DNA of 35,018 nt from a virus. Its lineage: Duplodnaviria > Caudoviricetes. The stretch spans positions 1-35,018 of the IMG/VR virus record IMGVR_UViG_3300017774_002064; one strand, 5' to 3'. Shown in pieces: positions 17,813-26,136 of the stretch. Below the pieces are notes generated by a model that saw only the letters and a program-made list of their open reading frames with translations, was not told the DNA's origin and did not search any database. Each line of letters starts with the position of its first letter. Position 1 is the stretch's first letter. A program made the translations under genes and the position numbers.

Positions 17813-18477
17813 GAAACTTGGAGGGGCTGTTCCTCGCGGTAGGTGCGGATCGCGTCCACCAAATCTTCCACATAGTCGCGGGGATCGGCGGTGAACACCT
17901 GACAGCCGCCGTCCTCCACCCCGATCAGAATGGCAATATTTCGTAACTGCTGTCCCGTGAGATCCTGCCACATGAGCGCATAAGCGGTGGCTTGCATGAA
18001 GTAGTCCTGTATCGCATCCTCAGACTTTGGATAGTTGGACGACTTGAAGTCAATAACAGACGGAACTCCGTCAAACTCACCAATGCAGTCCGTCCGACCA
18101 GCGAGTCCCACTTTTTTAGACCAGAGCGGAACTTCAATGGCGAATATCTTGCCGATGCGATTGATGTCTTCCTGCATGGATACAAACAAGTCCGCCTCGC
18201 TCGTTCCCGTTGCCTCAGCGAGCGCAGTTGTCGTAAGACTGTTTCGGAGATAGGTTTCAATGATCGCGTGTAGTTTTGTGCCACGGGAGAGTACTCGCTT
18301 GGATTCTTCGGGATTGTCGCGCCGCCACTTGGCAAAGAATGCCCGCTTCTTCCATCCCGTGACTGTGGTCACAGACGGAAAAACACCGTCAGGAGTCCTG
18401 TATCTCCTGCCGTTCGGGGTTTCAACGCTTTCAATTTGTTCGTTCAGTTCAACGAACGCATGATCAAATGTTTTCAT
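17809..18477 (-). CDS. PD-(D/E)xK / Cas4-like exonuclease of T4-like phages
   Basis: 'RRYRTPDG.FPSVTTV', 'RGTKLHAIIE', 'LAGRTDCI', 'IDFKSS', 'YFMQATAYALM'. Confidence 0.88.
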   Translation of the reverse strand: MKTFDHAFVELNEQIESVETPNGRRYRTPDGVFPSVTTVTGWKKRAFFAKWRRDNPEESKRVLSRGTKLHAIIETYLRNSLTTTALAEATGTSEADLFVSMQEDINRIGKIFAIEVPLWSKKVGLAGRTDCIGEFDGVPSVIDFKSSNYPKSEDAIQDYFMQATAYALMWQDLTGQQLRNIAILIGVEDGGCQVFTADPRDYVEDLVDAIRTYREEQPLQVS

Positions 18478-18479
18478 TT

Positions 18480-18659
18480 TTACTCTTTGGGCTGCTCTTC
18501 CACGATCTCGGTGCCTTCAGGCAACTGGTTCGCGGACGGCTTGGCTTTCTCGTTTACCTTCGTCTGATTGCGGTTCTGCCAAGCGTTAGCAGCCTTCCAC
18601 TCGGGATTGTTCTGCTGATTCTGTTGCAGCCACGCAAGATACTGTCTCATGTTGCTCAT
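18480..18659 (-). CDS. 59-aa hypothetical protein (absent from ORF track)
   Basis: Manual translation: MSNMRQYLAWLQQNQQNNPEWKAANAWQNRNQTKVNEKAKPSANQLPEGTEIVEEQPKE*. It has an AGGAG RBS and fills the gap exactly. Confidence 0.65.
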   Translation of the reverse strand: MSNMRQYLAWLQQNQQNNPEWKAANAWQNRNQTKVNEKAKPSANQLPEGTEIVEEQPKE

Positions 18660-18675
18660 CGTATTCTCCTAGTAG

Positions 18676-18701
18676 TATGTAGGGTGTCTGTGCTTATTTA
18701 T
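18676..18701 (-). promoter_or_regulatory. tandem late-promoter-like motifs (ATAAATA at 18695-18701, CTACATA at 18676-18682)
   Basis: Both motifs lie just upstream of the 59-aa gene's RBS; the first overlaps the upstream stop codon. Confidence 0.5.
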
Positions 18702-19513
18702 GAAATCATTCCGTCTATTTCACGGTGTTCGCTCAAGAAAGCCTCACAAGCACCCACATATGCAGACGCACTTTGCGAAAATTCTGAAAATACTGCGCGG
18801 GTGAACGGGTGTGTGCTGCCGAAGCGAACCACTGCTGGCAACAGCACCGCAGTCACCACTTCCTGAATATACGAATACCGCGTACCGAATCCGCGTTCGC
18901 TGCCTTGCTGTTCTCGTATGGCGCACAGAGCCGCAGAGAAGCGGTCAGCCCACGCTCCGCTCAGGTGCGGCAGTGCGCTCTCTGCTGCTTCCACGATGCG
19001 CTCAACGCAGTTCGCGGATGCTCCCTTGATGGAGTAGTCGCACTCCTCCTTGATGGACAGGAACTCAAACGGCATGGTGCTTTCGCGTATCTTGCCAAGC
19101 ACGGCATGATAGCCGTACAACTGCACCTCATCGCCCTTCACGCGCACGAAATCCGTGTTCTGCATCGCGCACGAAAGACTGCACACGCGGTTGAACACAT
19201 CACGCGAGGAGAACGCTTCCGCGAACACTGATTGGTTTCCGTGAGTCCAACAGCGAAACGATGACGCAATCTTCGGCGTGTACCGTATCTCGGTGGCTTC
19301 GCTCTCAACCACAAGCACGGTGGGAGAGTGTAGTTGGGTCAAGCCTTCAATCAGTGCCACGGCGAGGTTCGGTGCAGATGCCTTCACCACCGCGCATCTC
19401 ATGGACAGTGGTTGCCGTGGATTGGAGTGTGTGTAGAAGACCCGTGCGCTGCCTTCAGCGCAAGTCACCCATGCTGTTCCGCCGTTGCCACTTTTTTCAT
19501 TATGAATCTTCAT
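18698..19513 (-). CDS. hypothetical protein (271 aa)
   Basis: Fills the operon on the coding strand; no recognisable motif. Confidence 0.55.
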   Translation of the reverse strand: MKIHNEKSGNGGTAWVTCAEGSARVFYTHSNPRQPLSMRCAVVKASAPNLAVALIEGLTQLHSPTVLVVESEATEIRYTPKIASSFRCWTHGNQSVFAEAFSSRDVFNRVCSLSCAMQNTDFVRVKGDEVQLYGYHAVLGKIRESTMPFEFLSIKEECDYSIKGASANCVERIVEAAESALPHLSGAWADRFSAALCAIREQQGSERGFGTRYSYIQEVVTAVLLPAVVRFGSTHPFTRAVFSEFSQSASAYVGACEAFLSEHREIDGMIS

Positions 19514-19516
19514 GGA

Positions 19517-20059
19517 TCACTTCTTCTTTCGTGGTCGCAGCCCGAATGTGAGCCGCTTTCGGAGAGACAGTTTTCGCTTTCGCTTCGCTTGCGACCGCTT
19601 GCCGCGAGACTTTCGTGCTGTTCGCTTTGCTGTGAGTTTCATCTTGCGTAGTTGTGACACAGGACGGCGAACGCAGGTTCTTGCGCCTTTCTTTTTGAAG
19701 CCAGGAGCGCACTTGAAGATGATTCGCTTTTTGCCTTTGCGTACCACTATCTTACGCTTGGCAGCGACCTCATTCAACATCTGACTCTCTACTTCAAACT
19801 CTTCGTCCAGTTCCTCTTCTTCCTCTTCCACCTCAACCGTGATCTCTGCTTCCTCTACAGGATCAAGAATGTAGATCACGCCGTCCTTCTCCTCCCACTC
19901 AATGCCTTCCTGTTCCAAATAGTCCACAACATCCTCATAGGAGAAGTTTGGCATATCAAGTACGATCTTCTCTTCGGTGAGTTCGGCATCAAACTCCTCA
20001 AAGATGATTCGTTGAAGAGAGCAGAATGCGTGGTCGCGTAGGTCTTTGAATGGTTTCAT
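19517..20059 (-). CDS. T4 gp68-like prohead core protein
   Basis: Acidic N-terminal half, an LNE junction, then a very basic C-terminus ending 'QAKRKRKLSLRKRLTFGL', similar to the gp68 tail as I recall it. Confidence 0.6.
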   Translation of the reverse strand: MKPFKDLRDHAFCSLQRIIFEEFDAELTEEKIVLDMPNFSYEDVVDYLEQEGIEWEEKDGVIYILDPVEEAEITVEVEEEEEELDEEFEVESQMLNEVAAKRKIVVRKGKKRIIFKCAPGFKKKGARTCVRRPVSQLRKMKLTAKRTARKSRGKRSQAKRKRKLSLRKRLTFGLRPRKKK

Positions 20060-20062
20060 GTG

Positions 20063-21214
20063 TTATCCAAATATTGGTTGGAATCCTAACGAGTCCGCCA
20101 TTCCGCGCTTTGCGAGCCGCGTTGAAAGACTGTTCTTTGAACGGAGATAGCCATCAATGTCGTTGAGTTCCTTCACGCCGTAGTGCTTCCACATGGGAAA
20201 ATTGGATCCGTCCACCGTGAACTCAACATAATTTATGATGCCACCAACAGCGTCAGAGAATATGCCGTCAAGTTCAAGTTTGTCGGACTTCTGCGACACC
20301 TTTTGCAGATACCGCTCCACTGCTACGCAGATGTAGCCAACGATCAATGCATCTTTGTTTGCAAGAGTAACAACTTTACCCTTGTTATTTATGAAGTGAT
20401 TGAGAGACTTCTCTGCCTGAACCACGGGCTTCAATGACTGCACCTCTTTGTCGTTCAGAACATCCTCAACCGATTTTCCGAGCAGAGTCTTTACTGTCCC
20501 GCCGCCAGACAGCATCTTTGCCAGTTTTTCAAGTGTGGCTGCGGGAGCGTAGTTCGTTATGACTCTTTTTTCAATCAGCAGAACAGCACCGCTCAGAGGA
20601 CCGACCGAAGTGCTTGATTCGGCAATCACTTCAAGCAGTTGCTCCTCCACCGAACCCTTCCAGTTCTTTTCATTCACGCCGTTGCGCTCACGCAGCACGA
20701 CCAGTATGTCCTTTGCCTTTACGGTATTCGTGGTGGCACCAGACTTTGCGGATATGCGGTTGGAGCGCAGAAGATTGCTTGCGGTGTTCGCTTTTGTCTT
20801 GCTTGTCTGTCTTGCGTGAGCGGTCTTCTTTCCGTCCTTGCCCATGATTCGCACTTCATAGTCCGTGAGCGGAGTGTTTGCAGCAGAAGGATGAAACACA
20901 AAACACTTCTTTGGATCAGGTGTGTCGCCAAACACATTGTTTCGCGTTGTCCATATTGGACCGACCACTTCACCAAAGTACTTTTGAATGTTCTTCTTCT
21001 GTGTGGCATTCAGTTTTGTTGCCACCGCAATCTTTTTCATTTCAGCATCCGTCAGTTCATCATTCGCGTGTTCCACAAGAGAAACCATGTACTTTACGGG
21101 GTGTTCCTTGTTGGACAGTTTGCCAACGACAGACTTCACAGTCTTTACATACTGCTCAAAGGGGACTTCTTTACCAGAAAATCCAAAGTCTTTCGGCTTA
21201 TATTCAAAAGCCAC
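20063..21214 (-). CDS. putative PD-(D/E)xK restriction-endonuclease-like protein
   Basis: 'KYFGEVVGPI...HPSAANTPLTDYEV...ISAKSG' gives an E...D...(S)xK arrangement. GTG start with GAGGTG RBS. Confidence 0.5.
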   Translation of the reverse strand: MAFEYKPKDFGFSGKEVPFEQYVKTVKSVVGKLSNKEHPVKYMVSLVEHANDELTDAEMKKIAVATKLNATQKKNIQKYFGEVVGPIWTTRNNVFGDTPDPKKCFVFHPSAANTPLTDYEVRIMGKDGKKTAHARQTSKTKANTASNLLRSNRISAKSGATTNTVKAKDILVVLRERNGVNEKNWKGSVEEQLLEVIAESSTSVGPLSGAVLLIEKRVITNYAPAATLEKLAKMLSGGGTVKTLLGKSVEDVLNDKEVQSLKPVVQAEKSLNHFINNKGKVVTLANKDALIVGYICVAVERYLQKVSQKSDKLELDGIFSDAVGGIINYVEFTVDGSNFPMWKHYGVKELNDIDGYLRSKNSLSTRLAKRGMADSLGFQPIFG

Positions 21215-21222
21215 GGGTCACC

Positions 21223-23469
21223 TCACTTCTTTGGAGTAGGCTTATTGATTCCTGGACGGATCTTTGCGAGTTCATCCTTCGTGAGTTTGCGAATCTCGGT
21301 GATGGTGATGCGTCCCACATCACAGAAGTCCGCGCTCTCCCAGATGAGGTCTGCACCACGATCAAGCAGTGTGCGGTTCGTCTTCGGGTTCACAACCTTC
21401 AAGCCAACGCCAGACACGCGCAACTCTACGCGGTTGTTGCCGACCATGTACACCGTGTCGCCCATGTAGCGAACCTTCTTTACCTTCACGGATGTCTCCT
21501 TGCCGTCACGCGATCCGTAAATCTCAAATGTGGTTCCCTCTGGCTTGGACTCAACGGTTCGCATCAGGTCGGCGGCTGTCTTCTCGCTGTTCGCAACAGC
21601 AGCCGCAGCACGGGCATCGCGGGTTACTTGTGCTGCAAGAGAAATAGGCTTTACGCCCATCTTGCCGCCAACGGAGCCGCCACGCTGCACACGCGCACCA
21701 TATCCGAATGTGTCAGGCTCGTCACCCGCAATAGGTGGCTTCTTGAACTTGGCTTTGGCGGCTTCGTTCAGGGACTCAACAAGATTCTGCATACGCTTTG
21801 CGCCAAACTTGCTCATGGTCCATTCCTTCTGCTGTTGTGGCTTTGTCTGTGGCTTGTTTTCTTTGATGCCAAGTCCCTTGGCAATCTGTTCCGATGTCTT
21901 CAATTCCGCATCGGAGAAATTCTTGCGAGTGGGCTTGCTGTTGCGGTCTTGATTTGTGATTCCCATTGCGTGTTGGAATGCGTTGGAGAACGCAACCATA
22001 TCGTCAATGTCAACATCCTTGCCGCCCTTCTTGATGTTGCGTGTCTTCATTCTCATGTCTGCGCCTCTGCCGTTTGCCATGTCTGCACCAATCATAGCAG
22101 CCCAACGGTGGTGACCGTCAATCACATAGCCACCCGATGTAAAGATGGGAGCCTTGAGGCGGACTGCTTCTGACCCATATGTTTTTGGATCAACTTCAGC
22201 AGCCGCAATTGTGCTGTACATTCCTGCAATCTTTGATCCCTGCATCTCTGTCTGAATGGGTCGAAGAGTAGAAGGATTAACTTCCACATCATCCACTTCA
22301 TAGCCAGCGTTCTTCAGTGCTTCTATAAATTTCTCTTCAAAGTTCACTTCAACCGAACCAATTTCTTCAGGAGAGGGGGTTGCAGCCTCCACCTCTTCAT
22401 CGGTCACATCTTTCTTCTGTTCTTTCGTGGGGTCATCCGTCTTGAACTTGTCCTTTGCAGCACGAAGACGCTTGGCTTGCTTCAATGCTTCTTTGTATGC
22501 AACAGAATCGGTTCTTTCTGTGTCAACGATTCCCGACAACTGCGGCATCTCTGGACGCTTGATGCCCTTGTCTTTTTGATTGCCCTCATTGTCGTAACAG
22601 AAGCCCAGTGCAGCAAACATCTTGGAACACGGTTCGTGGTCAATGACATCTCCACCCATTCCTGATTGCAGAGCAGCGTGGTTTAGTTCTGCAACATAGG
22701 CTCGTTCTGCTTCTGCATTGCCAGTGAGCGATTCGGAATCGTCCTTTGGACCAGTCATCTTTCCGCTCTTGATCGCGGACGCAATCAGTTTAGACTTTCT
22801 TATGCTCTTGGCTTTGTCTTCTTCAGTCTTGAACTTTGCCTTCTTGCCTGTCTTCTTGAAACCAGCGTTGTCCTTGCCTGTATCACCCTGCTTTTGAGAA
22901 TCAAAAGGAGACTGCGGATCTTCTCCTGCTACAGACTTTACCTCTGGGTCTTCCGCTGGCTGCTGTTGCGCTTGTACAGGCTTTTGTTCTGCACCTTTTT
23001 GACTACCTTGCGATTGTGCTTGACGCTGCGTATCAGCGGCTGTCGCTTGCGCTTTGGGGGCGGCTCCTCCTGCGGGTTGAGGAGCGGGTCGGGTTCCTGC
23101 GGCTGCTGCGGGTTTTGCATTCGGCTGTGCTGCTCCCTTCACTTCTGGTTTCTTTTCATAGCCGTCCTGATCCAAATCCACCTTACGAGATGTGTCGCCT
23201 GGCTGTGCAATGCGACCAGCGGGAGCGGACTTGCCAGCGATCCACGCTTTCGCGTTGTCTTCCGAATCAAAGTATTCTGTCTGTCCTGCCTTGTTCTTCG
23301 CGCCCCAGTTGCCGCTTGAAGTCTGCCATGTCTCGCCTTCCTTGTGGGGCTGCTGTGCAGCGGCAGCGGGCTTCTTCGCCGCAGGCTTCATCGGCTTGGC
23401 GGCGGCTACCACCTCAAAGATCGCGGTGCGTAGGCTCTTGTATGGTTCAAGGTCTTCCGTGTCTTCCAT
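21223..23469 (-). CDS. 748-aa modular protein with ParB/Srx-like domain
   Basis: 'VNPSTLRPIQTE...APIFTSGGYVIDGHHRWAA' is the ParB/Srx signature. Also an A/Q/P/K-rich linker, IFE, IKE and LVESLNE junctions, and a possible internal start at 21816. Confidence 0.7.
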   Translation of the reverse strand: MEDTEDLEPYKSLRTAIFEVVAAAKPMKPAAKKPAAAAQQPHKEGETWQTSSGNWGAKNKAGQTEYFDSEDNAKAWIAGKSAPAGRIAQPGDTSRKVDLDQDGYEKKPEVKGAAQPNAKPAAAAGTRPAPQPAGGAAPKAQATAADTQRQAQSQGSQKGAEQKPVQAQQQPAEDPEVKSVAGEDPQSPFDSQKQGDTGKDNAGFKKTGKKAKFKTEEDKAKSIRKSKLIASAIKSGKMTGPKDDSESLTGNAEAERAYVAELNHAALQSGMGGDVIDHEPCSKMFAALGFCYDNEGNQKDKGIKRPEMPQLSGIVDTERTDSVAYKEALKQAKRLRAAKDKFKTDDPTKEQKKDVTDEEVEAATPSPEEIGSVEVNFEEKFIEALKNAGYEVDDVEVNPSTLRPIQTEMQGSKIAGMYSTIAAAEVDPKTYGSEAVRLKAPIFTSGGYVIDGHHRWAAMIGADMANGRGADMRMKTRNIKKGGKDVDIDDMVAFSNAFQHAMGITNQDRNSKPTRKNFSDAELKTSEQIAKGLGIKENKPQTKPQQQKEWTMSKFGAKRMQNLVESLNEAAKAKFKKPPIAGDEPDTFGYGARVQRGGSVGGKMGVKPISLAAQVTRDARAAAAVANSEKTAADLMRTVESKPEGTTFEIYGSRDGKETSVKVKKVRYMGDTVYMVGNNRVELRVSGVGLKVVNPKTNRTLLDRGADLIWESADFCDVGRITITEIRKLTKDELAKIRPGINKPTPKK

Positions 23470-23470
23470 G

Positions 23471-23857
23471 TCAGACTCCGTAACTGCGGGTGATGGCGGT
23501 GATCTTGTCTATCTGTGCGGCAATCTTCTCCGCGCGTCCTTCCCACTTGATGTACGATTTCTCGGGGTTCTTCATAAGATTAGTTAGGAGAGGCAGGATG
23601 AGGCGTTCCACTGCTTGCAGTTTTTCCTTGCACTCTTCTCGCGTTGCGTTGGCGCGTTCCTCTACTTCATTCACAACTTGCGCGGAAGTTGCTGGCTTCA
23701 TTGCAGACACGGCATTTCTCAAATCAGCAATCTGTGCTGCGATTGCTTCCATTGCATCAGGTGAAACGGACGGAGCGGGAGGAGTTGGGGGCGTTGCCGC
23801 CAAGCCCAACTCCTCCTCGTCTACCGCCGTGAAGCCAAAATCAAACTCTTCAGACAT
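23471..23857 (-). CDS. conserved T4-like phage hypothetical protein
   Basis: 'FDFGFTAVDEEEL...ILPLLTNLMKNPEKSYIKWEGR' is a recurrent myovirus motif pair. Confidence 0.75.
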   Translation of the reverse strand: MSEEFDFGFTAVDEEELGLAATPPTPPAPSVSPDAMEAIAAQIADLRNAVSAMKPATSAQVVNEVEERANATREECKEKLQAVERLILPLLTNLMKNPEKSYIKWEGRAEKIAAQIDKITAITRSYGV

Positions 23858-23863
23858 TTAGGT

Positions 23864-24586
23864 TTACGAAATGGTACCAGTGAATCCACCGTCAGCAGTT
23901 CTTCCGAAGAACACGCAAGCAGTGAATCCACCGTTGACTACGGTTCCTGAAGCAAATGACTCAAATGTGCTGCCTGCGACTCCCGATGTACCGCGAGTCA
24001 CACCGATGCTTTTCAGACTCAGTGCAGTTGCGACAGGGAAAACCTGTCCGATGGTTCCTGCAACAGTGACTTCAGACTTGCTGTTTGCTGCTGCACTTGT
24101 AATACCACTGGTGATTCGGTACAGGGTTCCTTCAATATCAACAAGATCATTCGTGTGTGCGGTGAATGCTCCGTTGATTTGGAAAGTGCTGCCAGCAACT
24201 GTTGTAGCAGCGGCAAGAGTGCGTCCGCTGAACATGATTGCAGTAAAGTCTTCACCAGTGCGGACAAACTTGTGCATATAGATTCCAACGGTGGCACCTT
24301 CCACCGCACCAAGCGTGATTCCGTTTGCCATTGTCTCACCACGGGGATTCTGTAGAGCAGCAGCGACACCGCGATTGAGAGAGGGCAAAATTGTGCCGAA
24401 CGGAGGGAATCCTGCGCCAGTGGTCAGACCAGTGATGCCAAAGCCGAGTTTCTGCGCGTAGTCCTCTACGGCAAGAGCAGCAGTTGCTCCGCTGAATCCT
24501 GTGCCGAAAGTTGCGTACAACGCAGAGAGTTGGTTAGCGAGTTTGAGTGCCTTTGCCTGTTCGACCGAGTCTGCTGTGAATGCCAT
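23864..24586 (-). CDS. Gly/Ala/Thr-rich structural protein (possible head/tail decoration)
   Basis: 240 aa, dense in G-x-T motifs like the 2002-aa protein. It has its own late promoter and an AAGGAG RBS. Confidence 0.6.
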   Translation of the reverse strand: MAFTADSVEQAKALKLANQLSALYATFGTGFSGATAALAVEDYAQKLGFGITGLTTGAGFPPFGTILPSLNRGVAAALQNPRGETMANGITLGAVEGATVGIYMHKFVRTGEDFTAIMFSGRTLAAATTVAGSTFQINGAFTAHTNDLVDIEGTLYRITSGITSAAANSKSEVTVAGTIGQVFPVATALSLKSIGVTRGTSGVAGSTFESFASGTVVNGGFTACVFFGRTADGGFTGTIS

Positions 24587-24623
24587 AAGAGTTCTCCTTT
24601 GAGTGATTTTGGCTTGTCAGCAT

Positions 24624-24630
24624 TATTTAG
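24624..24630 (-). promoter_or_regulatory. T4-type late promoter (CTAAATA)
   Basis: TATTTAG on the + strand in the intergenic gap. Confidence 0.7.
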
Positions 24631-24664
24631 TAACGCTGGCGTGTTCCCGCAGCGAGACTATTTT

Positions 24665-25393
24665 TCATTTCCGCCATTTGTTGTTGTCCTTTGACCTGTT
24701 GGTGTGCCGAGCCACCAATCTCAGGTTGGACGGACGCGAATCCAATGCGTTCCCGTTCTTGTGGTCAATCTCTTTGCCGTCATTGCTCTTACCCTCGCGT
24801 CCCATGCGCCGCAGGACGCGCTTCCGCGCAGTCTTCTTCTTCATGGCGCGGCGTTGCTTGGGAGTAGGATTGTCGCCGCCGTACATCTTGGCGTATTCAG
24901 CCTTGTAGTCACGCGCTTCCACCAGTTTGGCTGTGGTCACAGTTCGCTGATTTTCCACACTGGAAAAACGGTTTGTCACATTGGTTCCCGCAATCTTGTA
25001 GCCGAACTCCTTGCCGAATCGCTTCATCATGGCACTGTAGACAGCATCGCGCTTGCCTTCGGATGTCTTAGACACCATGTCTAGTTCCTTCGGCAGTTCA
25101 CCCCGTGCTTCCATGTGGTCTTTCAGGAACAGGCGCACCGCCTCCACCACCGTAGCCAGTATGCGGTACGGCTTGCCTGCGTGTGTGAGATCGTGTGAGC
25201 CGTCAAGCGTGAAATTGATTTCCCATCCGTTCACCTTGATCTTGCTGATATCAATGGTCAGGTACTGACCGTTTTCGGTCTGTGCCTGATAGGTGACTTC
25301 AATAGTGGTGGGACCGTAACCGATCCGCTTCATTTCACGCACAGGAAACGGACGGTCAAACACTTCGGTAAGGTAGGAACGGAATGTGTTCAC
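24665..25393 (-). CDS. leader-bearing two-module protein: unknown alpha/beta domain plus C-terminal HNH endonuclease
   Basis: Leader MNTFRSYLTE. After 'LVE' comes 'ARDYKAEY...KEIDHKNGNALDSRPSNLRLVARHTNRS' (H-N-N type HNH motif). Confidence 0.75.
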   Translation of the reverse strand: MNTFRSYLTEVFDRPFPVREMKRIGYGPTTIEVTYQAQTENGQYLTIDISKIKVNGWEINFTLDGSHDLTHAGKPYRILATVVEAVRLFLKDHMEARGELPKELDMVSKTSEGKRDAVYSAMMKRFGKEFGYKIAGTNVTNRFSSVENQRTVTTAKLVEARDYKAEYAKMYGGDNPTPKQRRAMKKKTARKRVLRRMGREGKSNDGKEIDHKNGNALDSRPSNLRLVARHTNRSKDNNKWRK

Positions 25394-26136
25394 GCTTTAC
25401 CTCCCTGATACAATTCACCAAACTTGTGCTGTTTGTCCAACCAAACAATGGTGGGTGCTGCCATGCCCCCACGCGCAATGTCCAACTCATGCACTGTGCC
25501 GCCCACTGCGGCGGCTGCTTTACGCGCAAGTGCTTTGTAGATGCGACCACGCGCAGGATTGGCACTGGTCTTGGTTCCAATGATGATTCCGCGAACGGGA
25601 TCGTTGTTCTTGACGAATTCACGGGAAGCGTCCACCACCGCGCCAAGCACGGAAGCCGCACCACCTGTACTCAACCAATTCAGGTCTTCATCTGTGCCGC
25701 CGCTATCAAATTTCCAATAGAACTTGCTGATGTCCTTGGGCTTTGTTCCCACGGGATACGGACGGGGCGGCATACGCTCAAGCGATGTTGCGTGGCGAGA
25801 AAACGACAACTCGTAGATGCCGTCAGGCTCCAAACCGTAGAACAGCAAAAATTCAGGGTATTCGTTTCGGATCTGCACAAGTGGAGTAAACTCCACTGAG
25901 TAGACATACACTCTTGCTTTTTTTGTGTAGAACTTATGCAGACTGTCAAAGTGACTCTCTGGCGTGACTCCCAATTCCTTTTCCACCCACTGCGTGAGTT
26001 TGCTTCCACGATCAGGAACAGGAGTCAAGCGACCGTCTTTTTCCTGTACATGAAAAATGAATTGGTTGTAGCCCATGCGTTGCAGGGAAAACTTTGTGTC
26101 AAACAGTTCGGTGAGGTAGGAGCGGAAGTCTATCAT
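25390..26136 (-). CDS. leader-bearing putative internal head protein, paralogous to the N-terminal domain of 24665-25393
   Basis: Leader MIDFRSYLTE-LFD. Shares 'S/RVL..VV.A.R.F...KTS...R..(I/V)Y.A' with its neighbour. Confidence 0.7.
   Translation of the reverse strand: MIDFRSYLTELFDTKFSLQRMGYNQFIFHVQEKDGRLTPVPDRGSKLTQWVEKELGVTPESHFDSLHKFYTKKARVYVYSVEFTPLVQIRNEYPEFLLFYGLEPDGIYELSFSRHATSLERMPPRPYPVGTKPKDISKFYWKFDSGGTDEDLNWLSTGGAASVLGAVVDASREFVKNNDPVRGIIIGTKTSANPARGRIYKALARKAAAAVGGTVHELDIARGGMAAPTIVWLDKQHKFGELYQGGKA

Noticed and set aside
17809-18477. Cas4-like nuclease as evidence of a CRISPR-Cas system; its MKTFDHAFVE start as a capsid-targeting leader
   Set aside because: No repeat-spacer array or other cas genes are seen, and this is a standard T4-like exonuclease. 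The leader match is partial (no Y/H-L/I at positions 7-8), so it was not counted.
15484-22173. Plus-strand ORFs of 276-431 aa (15484, 16936, 20639, 20878)
   Set aside because: They are antisense to motif-bearing, tightly packed minus-strand genes.
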